Shown here piece by piece: positions 17,219-26,909 of a DNA stretch of 30,592 nucleotides; positions within the stretch are counted from its first letter, which is position 1; each line of letters begins with the position of its first letter. Origin of the DNA: Planctomycetota bacterium (GTDB lineage Bacteria; Planctomycetota; SZUA-567; H5-PLA8); assembly GCA_045863855.1 (NCBI GenBank), contig BTVV01000072.1, forward strand, positions 1-30,592, read 5' to 3'. Under the pieces are notes generated by a model. That model was not told where the DNA came from. It did no database searches and worked only from the letters and a program-made list of their open reading frames with translations. Both the position numbers and the translations under genes were made by a program.

Positions 17219-18727
17219 ATGGACGGCAGAATGTGGGGTCTTGGAGGCGTGCTGCTGATGGCTTGGCTGGGTACTTCCGCCGGAGCGGGCGAAGTTCTGC
17301 ACGTCGATACGGCGAGCGTATTGCGAACCTGGGCGCGTCCGCCCTTTGGGTTGAACGTCAATTACTTGATGGACCACGGGCGCGGGAAGGCGCCGGCTCG
17401 GCCGCTGGCCGTGGCGCTGAAAGAAATGGGGGCGCGTTTCCTGCGCTTCCCCGGCGGAGATAAGTCGGATTCGCACTTGTTCGCCCTGCCGCCTTACGAA
17501 AAGCCCGAACCGACGCTCGCGCGCACCGGTTCCGAAGAGTGGCCTTCCGCGGACCGCCAGTTCACCTTGGACGATCACCGTACCTGGAAGATCCGCCCGC
17601 TGGACTTCGACGAGTTCATGGCGCTGTGCCGGGAAGCGGAGGCCGAGCCGGTGATCTGTGTCTGCTTCGACGCGATGTACAAGCCCGCGCAGCCCGGAGG
17701 GACCGCGCCCACACGCGAGGAACTGCTCGCGCATGCCGTAGGGTGGGTGAAATACGCCAACGTGACGAAGAAGTACGGCGTCACGTATTGGGAGTTGGGC
17801 AACGAGAGTTACCTCGGCAGCCACAACGGTTCGCCCAGCGCCGTTCAATATGCGCAGGACGCCGCCGCCTTCGCGCGGGCGATGAAGGCGGTGGATCCGG
17901 CAATTCGCATCGGGCTCAACGGGCCCGAACGCCACGCCAAGCGCGGCGCCCACGATCCGGAAGCCGCGCCACCGTGGTGGAAAGCCGCCCTGGAATCCGC
18001 CGGGCCGCACGCGGACTGGCTGGCTTTGCACGATTACCCGTGCTGGAAGTGGATGGGTTATGCGCATTACACGAAGCTCAAGCCCGATTTCCAAAACGTC
18101 CTGCTCGAAGGCGACCGCGCGGTGAAGGCCTACCTGCCGCCCGAACAACAAGGCCGCATGCGCTTGCTGATGACCGAGGTCAACAGCGCCGACTGGTTCG
18201 GGCATCCCAAGAACGACGGCTGGAAGCACGTCAACACGCTGGGCCACGCGTTGGTGCTTTTTGACATGCTGGGCGTGTACCTGCGCCATGAGACGCTGGA
18301 CGCGGTGCTGGTCTGGAACACGCGCTGGGTCAAAAACGCGACCGAGAACCAACTTTGGGACGCGGTGGGTCCGGATAACGAACTGCGTCCCACCGGTCAG
18401 GTCATGGCGCTCTGGAAGCGCGCTTTTCTGCCGCAAATCGTGAGCTGCGCGGGCGGACCCGAAGCCGTGCGCGCGCATGCGTGCTACGATCCGAAGACTC
18501 GGCGGCTGAGTGTCTTTCTGATCAACCGGATCGAGCAAGATAGGGCGTTGCGTCTGGAAGTTCCCGGCTTACCCGAAGCCCGGGTAGAGCGAACCGTATT
18601 TTCAGGCGCCGGTCCGGAGGACGAACGCCCGCAGGTGAAATCCGCCGGAGCGCTGACCTGGCAGGCGGGCGGCGCGGACCTACAACTGCCTCCCGTCTCG
18701 CTCACCGTGCTCGAGTTCGCGCCCTGA
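17219..18727 (+). CDS. Secreted clan GH-A glycoside hydrolase (GH51/GH79-like)
   Basis: Signal peptide; LRFPGG, YWELGNE (acid/base), H.Y, MTE (nucleophile); C-terminal beta-sandwich ending LPPVSLTVLE. Confidence 0.8.
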   Translation: MDGRMWGLGGVLLMAWLGTSAGAGEVLHVDTASVLRTWARPPFGLNVNYLMDHGRGKAPARPLAVALKEMGARFLRFPGGDKSDSHLFALPPYEKPEPTLARTGSEEWPSADRQFTLDDHRTWKIRPLDFDEFMALCREAEAEPVICVCFDAMYKPAQPGGTAPTREELLAHAVGWVKYANVTKKYGVTYWELGNESYLGSHNGSPSAVQYAQDAAAFARAMKAVDPAIRIGLNGPERHAKRGAHDPEAAPPWWKAALESAGPHADWLALHDYPCWKWMGYAHYTKLKPDFQNVLLEGDRAVKAYLPPEQQGRMRLLMTEVNSADWFGHPKNDGWKHVNTLGHALVLFDMLGVYLRHETLDAVLVWNTRWVKNATENQLWDAVGPDNELRPTGQVMALWKRAFLPQIVSCAGGPEAVRAHACYDPKTRRLSVFLINRIEQDRALRLEVPGLPEARVERTVFSGAGPEDERPQVKSAGALTWQAGGADLQLPPVSLTVLEFAP

Positions 18728-18734
18728 ACCGCCC

Positions 18735-19784
18735 ATGAGCATGCGCCGCCTCGCCAACCCGCCCAACCCCTGGCGCTCGACCCACGTCGAATGGCTGGGC
18801 GAACCGCCTTCGGCGGCGCTGGACGTTTACGAAGAACGCGCCCGCAGCATCCTCAGCGAGAACGATTCGCCCGATATCGGCTTCCGCTGGAGCCTCAATC
18901 CGTACCGCGGCTGCTTCCACGCCTGCGCCTACTGCTACGCGCGGCCGACGCATCAGTATCTCGATCTGGGCGCGGGAACCGACTTCGAGCGCAAGCTCGT
19001 CGTCAAGATCAACGCGCCGGATTTGCTGCGCCAGGCGTTCCTCAAAAAATCGTGGCAGGGCGAAGTGCTCGTCTTCAGCGGCGTCACCGACTGCTACCAG
19101 CCGTTGGAAGCGCACTACGGGATCACGCGGCGCTGCCTGCAAGTCTGCCGCGAATTCCGCAATCCCGTGAGCATGATCACCAAAGGCGCGCTGATCCGCC
19201 GCGACGTGGAACTCCTGGCCGCGCTGGCGCGCGAAGCCCGCTTGCACGTCTGCCTCAGCATTGCGTTCGTGGACGAGGATCTTTCGCGCGCGCTGGAGCC
19301 GAACGTGCCGCTGCCGCGCGCGCGGTTCGACGCGCTGCGCGTGTTGAGCGAGGCCGGGATTCCCACGGGCGTCGCCGTCGCTCCGATCATCCCCGGCGTG
19401 AACGATCACCAGATCGCCGAGGTGCTCCAGCGCGCCGCCGAAGCCGGCGCGACGTCGGCGTTCATGACGCTCCTGCGCCTCCCCGCCGAAGTGAAACCGG
19501 TCTTCCTCCAACGCCTGCATGAAGCGCTGCCGCTGCGCGCGAAGAAGGTCGAACACGCGCTGCTGGAGATGCGCGAGGGGAAGCTGAATCAAAGCGAGTT
19601 CGGCGCGCGCATGCGCGGTTCCGGTGAACGCTGGCAGGCCGTCACGCGGCTCTTCGAGGTCTCCTGCAAGCGCTACGGATTGGGCTGCTACGAAGAGCGC
19701 GGCATCGGACGCGAGCGCGGCGTACACGATGCCGAAGGCACCCCATTTCGGCGTCCGAACGAAACGCGGAGCCTCTTCGAGTAG
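18735..19784 (+). CDS. PA0069/Rv2578c-family radical SAM protein (spore photoproduct lyase-like)
   Basis: NDSPDIGFRWSLNPYRGCFHACAYCYARPTH (CxxxCxxC), SGVTDCYQPLE, FGARMRGSG. Confidence 0.92.
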   Translation: MSMRRLANPPNPWRSTHVEWLGEPPSAALDVYEERARSILSENDSPDIGFRWSLNPYRGCFHACAYCYARPTHQYLDLGAGTDFERKLVVKINAPDLLRQAFLKKSWQGEVLVFSGVTDCYQPLEAHYGITRRCLQVCREFRNPVSMITKGALIRRDVELLAALAREARLHVCLSIAFVDEDLSRALEPNVPLPRARFDALRVLSEAGIPTGVAVAPIIPGVNDHQIAEVLQRAAEAGATSAFMTLLRLPAEVKPVFLQRLHEALPLRAKKVEHALLEMREGKLNQSEFGARMRGSGERWQAVTRLFEVSCKRYGLGCYEERGIGRERGVHDAEGTPFRRPNETRSLFE

Positions 19785-19898
19785 CTGGTACTTGGCCGGA
19801 ACCTGGCCCGAGCGCGCGAATGCCAGGCGACCGCGAGGCGCTTGATTGCCGGACGAAAGACTCAAGACTGGACGCATACCTCAACCGGAGATCCACCC

Positions 19899-21323
19899 AT
19901 GAGCAGCCCCGAAGTCACCCGCACGCCCGCCGCTTCGCACACCGAAAGCTGGCGCGCGCAGTTCCACAAAGACGAAACGTTGCAGCGCGTGCGCCCCAAG
20001 GCTTTCCACGGTTACCTGCCCAACCCGCATCGTGGAACCACGACCTTTCAGCGCTTCAACGGCGAGGCGCTGTATCCAGGCCTGATGTGGGACGACAGCA
20101 AAGGACCGCTCGAGTTCGCGCCGTTCCGCGGCGATCCGCGCAGCCTGCATAATCCGCAGTATCCCGACACGACGCTCTCGTACTGCCGCTGGCTCTGGTC
20201 GGTTATCGAGCCCCAGAAAGGAAAAATTCGCTTCGACGTGATCGACGGGGCGCTCGAAGCCGCGCGCGCGCGCGGGCAGACCCTCCAACTGCGCATCCAG
20301 CCCTACATCGGCGACGACATGCCCAAGTGGTACTGGGAACTGGGCGGGAAGCTGGACCCCAACAGCGATCCCAAGCGCCGCGAGCCGGATCATAATCACG
20401 CGTCGTACCTCAAGCATTGGGGCGAGTTCATTAAAGCCTTCGGCAAGCGCTACGACGGGCATCCGGTGCTCGAGAGTTTCGATATCGCCTACGGAGGCCC
20501 TTGCGGCGAGTGCGGCGGGAACACCACCGCGGCCACCGCGCGCAAACTCGTCGATATGTACCGTAAAGCGTTCAAGAAGACGCAACTCGTCTCGATGCTC
20601 GGGACATTCGGCTGCGCCTACGCGAGCAAGTTCAAGACGATCGGCTGGCGCGCCGACTGCTACGGCGACATGCGCACCGAAGGCAAGGGCATCGTCCCCG
20701 ATGCCCTGTGCTGGAACCACATGCTCGACGCGTACCCGAAAGAAGTCGCGCAGGATGGCGTGAGCGAGACCTGGAAGACCGCGCCCGTCACCATGGAGAC
20801 GTGCTGGACCGTCGGCTACTGGGAAAGCAAAGGCTGGGACGTGGATTGGATTCTGGAGCAGGGGCTCAAGTACCACACCTCGGTCTTCATGCCCAAGTCG
20901 AGCTTCATTCCGGACCGCTGGCGCGAAAAGCTCGACGCTTGGGACCGCCGCCTCGGCTACCGCTTCGAATTGAAGCAGGCGATCCTGCCGCTCGAAGCCA
21001 AACCCGGCGCGCGTGCGGGCTTCAGCCTCTTCGTCGACAATGTCGGCGTCGCGCCGTTGTACCGCGATTACCCGCTCGTCTTGCGCTTCACGCAGGGTCG
21101 CGTGTCGGAGTTCGCCCAACTCGATGCGCCTCCGCGCGGCTGGATGCCCGAGATCAACTACGCGGCCGGAAAGTTCGGCGTTCCGAAGAAGCTCCAGCGC
21201 GGCACCGCGGACGTCTCGATCGGGATTCTGGACGAGAAGGCCAAGACGCCGCGAGTGCTCTTCGCCAACGCCGGCTTGTCACCCGAGGGCTGGCTGCCGC
21301 TGACGAAGATGGATATCGTGTAA
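19899..21323 (+). CDS. DUF4832-domain, glycoside hydrolase-like protein (no signal peptide)
   Basis: NPHRG, Y.R..WS.IEP..G, RYDG.P, G.RADC, RLGYRF, N.GVAP.Y motifs; ATG 19899 with GGAG RBS. Confidence 0.75.
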   Translation: MSSPEVTRTPAASHTESWRAQFHKDETLQRVRPKAFHGYLPNPHRGTTTFQRFNGEALYPGLMWDDSKGPLEFAPFRGDPRSLHNPQYPDTTLSYCRWLWSVIEPQKGKIRFDVIDGALEAARARGQTLQLRIQPYIGDDMPKWYWELGGKLDPNSDPKRREPDHNHASYLKHWGEFIKAFGKRYDGHPVLESFDIAYGGPCGECGGNTTAATARKLVDMYRKAFKKTQLVSMLGTFGCAYASKFKTIGWRADCYGDMRTEGKGIVPDALCWNHMLDAYPKEVAQDGVSETWKTAPVTMETCWTVGYWESKGWDVDWILEQGLKYHTSVFMPKSSFIPDRWREKLDAWDRRLGYRFELKQAILPLEAKPGARAGFSLFVDNVGVAPLYRDYPLVLRFTQGRVSEFAQLDAPPRGWMPEINYAAGKFGVPKKLQRGTADVSIGILDEKAKTPRVLFANAGLSPEGWLPLTKMDIV

Positions 21324-21384
21324 GCCAACGCGTATCCTAATAAAATACTAAATAAGGCCTACGGAAGTTTATTGCCGTACCATG

Positions 21385-21413
21385 TAAACATATATGTATC
21401 AATCTATTATAAT
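21385..21413 (+). promoter_or_regulatory. Putative promoter in an AT-rich intergenic island
   Basis: TAAACA-N17-TATAAT (perfect -10 at 21408-21413) upstream of the 21523 gene. Confidence 0.5.
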
Positions 21414-21522
21414 GTAACACTAGGCATCGACAGTATTTCCATGACAATTTCGCGCTCCGCATCCGTTGAGCAGTGTACTTGTATATTGGTACGACCGTTC
21501 GGCAAGACGAGGAGAACCTCAG

Positions 21523-23280
21523 ATGCGTTTCGCTTCGATCGTGGCGCTCGTGGTCTGCATGGCGGCGGCACAAGGTTCGGATCTGCCGCTTGGCGAACTG
21601 GTCCACGACGGCCCGCCGACGCCCGAACAGATCTCGATGTACCTGCCCGTGACCGGTACGCTGGATTTCGCGGCCACGGCGAGCGTACGTTTCAAAGGCG
21701 GCGATGCGAAGGACTGGACACCGGCGCATCCGCTGCACCGCATTCGCGTGGCGAATGCCGCCAGCGCGCAGCCGGAAGCCTTTGCCGGCGTGATCACGGG
21801 CCTGACGCCGGGTGCTTCGTACAGCGTCGAGGTAACGGTCAAGCTTGGCGCGGATACGGCCACCAAGACGCTGAACGCCGCCACCCGCGCGCTGCCGCCC
21901 GCGGCCGGCGAACCCACGGTCAAGCTCGCCGCCGACGCCACCGTCGAACAAATCAAAGCCGCTTTGGGCGGCGCGAAGCCCGGCGACGTGATCCAGTTCG
22001 CGAACGGGACTTACGCCGTCGACGGGTTGCAGATCAAACAGAGCGGGACGCCCGAGAAGCCGATCGTGATTCGCGGGGAGAGCCGCGACGGCGTGACGCT
22101 GAAAGACCCCACCGGCGCGATCTTCCAGATCCTCGAGGCCTCCGACTTCATCATCGAGAACCTGACGCTGGAAGGCGCCAAGACCGACTCAGGCACCAAG
22201 GCCGGCTCCCACGGCATCAGCTTCTGGACCGCCCCGTCGCCGCAAAAGCGCATCACGATCCGCAACGTCACGATGAACGGCGTCGATATGGGCATCGTGG
22301 CCTCGAAGCAGACCGAGCAACTCATCATTTACGACAATACGCTGAACGGGAACAACGTCTGGGAAGCCGATTTCATCCAGTCCAACAAGACCTGGAACGA
22401 CGACGGCATCCGCATTCCGGGCTTGGGCAACGTCGCCTTCAACAACACGCTCACCGGGTTCGGCGACTCCCTGGCTATGGCCGCGCGCATCACCAACATC
22501 GGCGTGCATTTCTACCGCAACGACATCCGCATGACCGGCGACGACGCCTACGAAGGCGACTACGGCATCCGCAACATCACCTTCTACGATAACCGCGTGC
22601 ACAATTCGATGACGCTGATCTCGTTCGACCCCGTTTACGGCGGGCCGGCCTTCGCGTTCCGCAATATCGCCATCAACACCGGCCGCAGTCCGTACAAGCT
22701 GAACAACAAAAACACCGGCTTCTTCCTCTACAACAACACAGTGGTGCGCACCAACGGCTCCGGCAGCGGCAAGGGCTGGGGCTGGAACCAGTCCAACAAC
22801 GGGCCGCTCGTCGCTTGGGGTTACCGCAACAACATCCTGATCTTCCGCGGCGCAGGCAACATGATGGCGATGGAGGCCGGCGGGCAGGACCCCGTCGACT
22901 TCAATCACAACGCCTGGTTCCCCGACAAGAGCATCTGGTGGACGGGGACCGGCGGTTCGTTCAAGACCATGGCCGAAGCCCGCGAGAAGCTCAAACCGGT
23001 GACGCCCGTCTTCGGCGCGACCGGCAAGCGCCACGAAGGCTGCGTGATCAGCGAATCCGATCCCTTCGCCGAGGACATCGAACTGGGCGAGGATAACCTG
23101 AAGCAGATTACCAAGGCCTACGTGCCCAAGCTCTCCGACGGTTCCGCGCCGCGCGGCAAAGGCATCGCGGTGCCCGGCATTACCGACGGCTTCAGCGGAG
23201 ACGCGCCCGATATGGGAGCCATCATCACCGGCCGGCCGCTGCCGGAGTGGGGCGACCGGAGCGTGAGCGGTAAGCAGTAA
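21523..23280 (+). CDS. Secreted right-handed beta-helix protein with N-terminal FN3-like domain (polysaccharide lyase-like)
   Basis: Signal peptide; GLTPGASYSVEV FN3 motif; AKPGDVI.FANGTY, GT.EKPIVIRG; Asn-rich PbH1 repeats; C-terminal APDMGA; AGGAG RBS. Confidence 0.8.
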   Translation: MRFASIVALVVCMAAAQGSDLPLGELVHDGPPTPEQISMYLPVTGTLDFAATASVRFKGGDAKDWTPAHPLHRIRVANAASAQPEAFAGVITGLTPGASYSVEVTVKLGADTATKTLNAATRALPPAAGEPTVKLAADATVEQIKAALGGAKPGDVIQFANGTYAVDGLQIKQSGTPEKPIVIRGESRDGVTLKDPTGAIFQILEASDFIIENLTLEGAKTDSGTKAGSHGISFWTAPSPQKRITIRNVTMNGVDMGIVASKQTEQLIIYDNTLNGNNVWEADFIQSNKTWNDDGIRIPGLGNVAFNNTLTGFGDSLAMAARITNIGVHFYRNDIRMTGDDAYEGDYGIRNITFYDNRVHNSMTLISFDPVYGGPAFAFRNIAINTGRSPYKLNNKNTGFFLYNNTVVRTNGSGSGKGWGWNQSNNGPLVAWGYRNNILIFRGAGNMMAMEAGGQDPVDFNHNAWFPDKSIWWTGTGGSFKTMAEAREKLKPVTPVFGATGKRHEGCVISESDPFAEDIELGEDNLKQITKAYVPKLSDGSAPRGKGIAVPGITDGFSGDAPDMGAIITGRPLPEWGDRSVSGKQ

Positions 23281-23290
23281 CGAGGACCGC

Positions 23291-24322
23291 CTAACTGCTG
23301 GCGCGGATAATCAGGCCGCCGGGAATCTCCAGCGTGCGCGCCGGCTGGTCCGGGTCTTCGATCAACGCCATCAGCCGGCGTACCGCGGCCGAACCCAATT
23401 CGCGCCCGGGCGCGCCGAAGGTCGTCAGCGGCACGGCGGCGGTCTGGCTCTGCGAGAGGTTCACGCAGCTCGCGATGGCCAGGTCCTGCGGGATGCGCAG
23501 GCCCAGGCCCAGAGCGGCTTGCAGCGCGGCGATGGCCGTATCGTCGGTATCGCACCACAGCGCGCGCGGGCGGTCGGCGGCGGGCCGGTTGAGCACGTCC
23601 ATGGCCGCGCGGAAGGCCGCCCCTTCGAACGCTTCGCCGCCCGCATTCCACTCCGGCCGCGTATGCAGGCCCAGCGGTTCGAGCCGCCGCTGGATCGCAT
23701 CCACTTTCGGCCGTGTACCCTCCGGCTGCCCGATCATCTGGACCAGATGCCCCACCGCACGGTACTCGCGTTCGGCGAAGTGCCGCAGCACCGCCTCCGT
23801 GCTGTCCCCGCCGCCGCGCACGATCCGGTCCACGGGTTCGTCGCCGTCGTAAACATGCAGCCAGACCACCGGGCAGCGCATGGCGCGCAGCGCGCGCACG
23901 TCGGCCGCGTTGTCGCGCCCCTGCGATTCGCGCGTTCCGATCACGATCAGTCCGTCCACCACGCCGCTTTCGAAGAGGTCCGCGCCGTAGACCTCGCCCG
24001 GCGCGTCGTAGCGTTTATGCGCCAGCACCAAGTTGCGCTGCACCGCCTGTTGTTCGGACTGGATGCCGGCGAGAAAATCGGCGAGCACCGCGCTGCTGAA
24101 GAGCGGGCGGCGAAACGGCACCACCAGGCCGAAGGCGTCGGCGCGGCGCGTGCGCAGCCGACGCGCCAGCGCGTGTGGCCGGTAGCCCAGCTCCTGGGCC
24201 GCGTCGCGCACGCGCGCCGCCGTCTCCGGCGTCGCCTTGAGCTTGCCGTTGAGAATATCGCTGGCCGTCGAGAGCGAAACGCCCGCCTTGCGCGCGACAT
24301 CGATGATGGTGGGGCGGCTCAT
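23291..24322 (-). CDS. LacI-family transcriptional regulator
   Basis: TIIDVARKAGVSLSTAS HTH, LGYRPH..ARRL hinge, D..AIAAL, LRIPQDLAI, LTT; ATG 24322. Confidence 0.93.
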   Translation of the reverse strand: MSRPTIIDVARKAGVSLSTASDILNGKLKATPETAARVRDAAQELGYRPHALARRLRTRRADAFGLVVPFRRPLFSSAVLADFLAGIQSEQQAVQRNLVLAHKRYDAPGEVYGADLFESGVVDGLIVIGTRESQGRDNAADVRALRAMRCPVVWLHVYDGDEPVDRIVRGGGDSTEAVLRHFAEREYRAVGHLVQMIGQPEGTRPKVDAIQRRLEPLGLHTRPEWNAGGEAFEGAAFRAAMDVLNRPAADRPRALWCDTDDTAIAALQAALGLGLRIPQDLAIASCVNLSQSQTAAVPLTTFGAPGRELGSAAVRRLMALIEDPDQPARTLEIPGGLIIRASS

Positions 24323-24397
24323 GCGCGCGAGGATACCGCCCGGACCGTGCGCGGCCAAGCGCGCGTCTTCATGCCATTCCGAGACTGTCGCCAGAAC

Positions 24398-24434
24398 AAA
24401 AAAAGCGGGCGGCCCTTTGCGGAGCCGCCCGCTT
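24398..24434 (-). terminator. Rho-independent terminator downstream of metK
   Basis: Minus strand: AAGCGGGCGGC-loop-GCCGCCCGCT followed by a T-tract. Confidence 0.85.
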
Positions 24435-24464
24435 GCATGGCTTCGTGTGCGTCCGACGAAGGGT

Positions 24465-25628
24465 TCAGGCCAATTCCTTCTTCAGCGCCTCGACCCGGTC
24501 GGTCTTCTCCCATGTGAACTCCGGCAGCGCGCGTGCGAACGGACCGTGAGCCGCGGTCAGCCGGTAGATCGACCGGCGCAACTGGAGCTGGTCGATGATC
24601 GCCTTGGGTTTGAAGTTGAAGTGCTTCTGCACGATCGCGGACAGCTTCGCGTCGGGCAGCTTGCCGGTGCCGCGCGTATCGACCAGCACCGAGACCGGAG
24701 CGGCGACGCCGATCGCGTACGCCACCTGGATCATGCACTCGTCGGCCAGTCCCGCGGCCACGACGTTCTTCGCCGCGTAGCGCGAGTACAGCGCCGCGCT
24801 GCGGTCCACCTTCGTCGGATCCTTGCCGCTGAAGGCGCCGCCGCCGTGCGGAATCCAGCCGCCGTACGTGTCGACGATGATCTTGCGTCCCGTCAGGCCG
24901 CTGTCGCCGTGCGGGCCGCCGATCTCGAAGCGCCCCGTCGGGTTGAAATGGTAGATCGTCTTCGCGTCGAGCAGCTCGGGGCTGATCGCGGGCTTGACCA
25001 CGTGCTCCAGCAGGTCCGCCGCGAGCTGCTTCTGTTTGGAATTCATCTCGGGCTTATGCTGCTGGCTGACGACGACCGTGTGCACGCGGATTGGGCGGCG
25101 GCCTTCGTACTCGACGGTCACCTGGCACTTACCGTCCGGGCGCAGATAGTTCAGCTTGCCCGTAGCGCGCATCTCGACGGCCTTCATCGCGATCTGGTGC
25201 GAGAGCTGGATCGGGAGCGGCATCAGGTTCGGCGTCTGCGTGCAGGCGTAGCCGAACATCAGGCCCTGGTCGCCGGCGCCCATCTCCTTGCTGCTGCCTT
25301 CGTCCACGCCTTGCGCGATATCGGGGCTCTGCCGGTCGATGCTCACCAGCACCGCGCAGCTATCGGCGTCGAAGCGCATCGACGGATCGGTGTAGCCGAT
25401 CGAGCGCACCACTTCGCGCACCGTGTCGGGAATGTGCACGTACGTGTTCGTCGTGATCTCGCCGGCGATCACCACCATCCCGGTGCTGACCAGCGTTTCG
25501 CAAGCTACGCGGGAGTTCGGATCGTCCTTGAGCATCGCGTCGAGGATCGAATCGCTGATCTGGTCGGCGACCTTGTCCGGATGCCCCGGAAAAACCGCTT
25601 CGGAAGTAAACAAATACCGCTCGGCCAT
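24465..25628 (-). CDS. metK: S-adenosylmethionine synthetase
   Basis: [66 protein letters not shown]. Confidence 0.97.
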   Translation of the reverse strand: MAERYLFTSEAVFPGHPDKVADQISDSILDAMLKDDPNSRVACETLVSTGMVVIAGEITTNTYVHIPDTVREVVRSIGYTDPSMRFDADSCAVLVSIDRQSPDIAQGVDEGSSKEMGAGDQGLMFGYACTQTPNLMPLPIQLSHQIAMKAVEMRATGKLNYLRPDGKCQVTVEYEGRRPIRVHTVVVSQQHKPEMNSKQKQLAADLLEHVVKPAISPELLDAKTIYHFNPTGRFEIGGPHGDSGLTGRKIIVDTYGGWIPHGGGAFSGKDPTKVDRSAALYSRYAAKNVVAAGLADECMIQVAYAIGVAAPVSVLVDTRGTGKLPDAKLSAIVQKHFNFKPKAIIDQLQLRRSIYRLTAAHGPFARALPEFTWEKTDRVEALKKELA

Positions 25629-25713
25629 GCCGCGTATTCCTTTCCCCAGAGGAGAGAAGCGCTGGATCGTCCGACGGCGCCCGAACGGCGCGAGATCGGC
25701 GTAAGGCCCGCAT

Positions 25714-25741
25714 AATTTAGCTATTTGAAAGGGCCGGTCAA
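25714..25741 (-). promoter_or_regulatory. Putative metK promoter
   Basis: Minus strand TTGACC-N16-TAAATT, overlapping the stop codon of the upstream gene. Confidence 0.5.
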
Positions 25742-26106
25742 GTTCCGCCGGAGTCTACTTCGTCGTGGATGTTCGAGGAGGCCATGGCCGGCAAGTCCCC
25801 AGCCAGGATTTTCTTGGCGATCCCCTTTACGTCGTACACCGCGCAGGCGCTCGCCACCCCGATCACCACCTGCTCCCAGGACGCCGCCTGCTGCCACAAC
25901 TCGGCCGGCGGATTCTTGAGCAGCGAGTACTTGATCAGATCCTCCAGCTCCTCGCAGCTCGAAAGCACTTCCTGGATCTGCTCGTGCAACTCCGGCTCCA
26001 GATCGTCGATATCGGTCACCGCCAATGGGCCGCGCGCGCGCGAAGTCCGTTCGAGAAACAGATTCGCCTCGCGGTACAGCATCGTGAGCCACTTCGAGCG
26101 ATCCAT
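25738..26106 (-). CDS. Small acidic hypothetical protein
   Basis: 122 aa, GGAG RBS, natural composition and host codon bias; no recognisable motif. Confidence 0.7.
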   Translation of the reverse strand: MDRSKWLTMLYREANLFLERTSRARGPLAVTDIDDLEPELHEQIQEVLSSCEELEDLIKYSLLKNPPAELWQQAASWEQVVIGVASACAVYDVKGIAKKILAGDLPAMASSNIHDEVDSGGT

Positions 26107-26244
26107 GCGCCGTCTCCGTTCGGGCGCCAGTATACCGCCGGCGCCTGAGCTTGGGGATTCACGATTCGCGATTTCCGCTCCCGGTCGCTACAATCCGAGC
26201 GCGTTGCGAAGAAGCCCACCTCGCCCTGTTCGAAGGAGCACGCC

Positions 26245-26808
26245 ATGCCTCAGCCTCCCCAATTGCCGAAGATCGATTGGCCCGCGCTGTTTAACGCGGG
26301 GCAGACCTGGGACGAGTGGCTCAAGGCCTGCCAGGGTCCGATGCAGGAAGACATGAACGGTCATTTCGCGGCCGCCGAAGTGCCGGCCGAAACGGCTCGC
26401 GAGTTGCAGAAGCTTCCGCGCCCCGTGCACGTCGTCGCGATCAGCGAAGATTGGTGCGGCGACGTCCGGCGCAACACGCCGGTTCTCGCCAAGGTCTGCG
26501 CGGCCAGCCCGCAGGTGAAGCTGCGCATCATCGACAAGGAGCATCACCCCGAGGTGATGATCCGCTACTTGACCAACGGCGCCGAAGCGATCCCGATTTT
26601 CATTTTTTTGAACGACAAGTTCACCGAGATCGGCAACTGGGGCCCGCGCCCGCAGCGCTGCAAGGAGTTCATGGCGCGCGGGAAAGCGTGCGACAATCTC
26701 GACGCTGCGCGTGCGAAGATTAAATCGTTCTACGCCGAAGACCGCCACCGCTCGACGGTGCAAGAGATCGTGAACTTGATCCAAACCTCAGCGGCCACCG
26801 AGGTTTAA
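26245..26808 (+). CDS. Thioredoxin-family protein (WCGD active site)
   Basis: SEDWCGD, TNG..AIP.F, WGPRP; AAGGAG RBS. Confidence 0.88.
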   Translation: MPQPPQLPKIDWPALFNAGQTWDEWLKACQGPMQEDMNGHFAAAEVPAETARELQKLPRPVHVVAISEDWCGDVRRNTPVLAKVCAASPQVKLRIIDKEHHPEVMIRYLTNGAEAIPIFIFLNDKFTEIGNWGPRPQRCKEFMARGKACDNLDAARAKIKSFYAEDRHRSTVQEIVNLIQTSAATEV

Positions 26809-26909
26809 GCGAACTTCACCGCGTTGCGGCTCACGCGTGCACTTTCGCTTTGCGCCGCTTTCGCGATCCACGTAGGCTGCTGGACGGATCGGGAATCGCG
26901 CCTACGACC

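Noticed and set aside
18735..19784. Radical SAM protein as the maturase for the Ser-type sulfatase
   Set aside because: Its motifs are PA0069/SPL-type and it lacks the Cys-rich SPASM domain of anSME.
25629..25745. SAM-II/SAM-V riboswitch upstream of metK (TAGCTAAA seen on the minus strand)
   Set aside because: The required flanking stems and pseudoknot are absent; the motif is better explained as the -10 region of a promoter.
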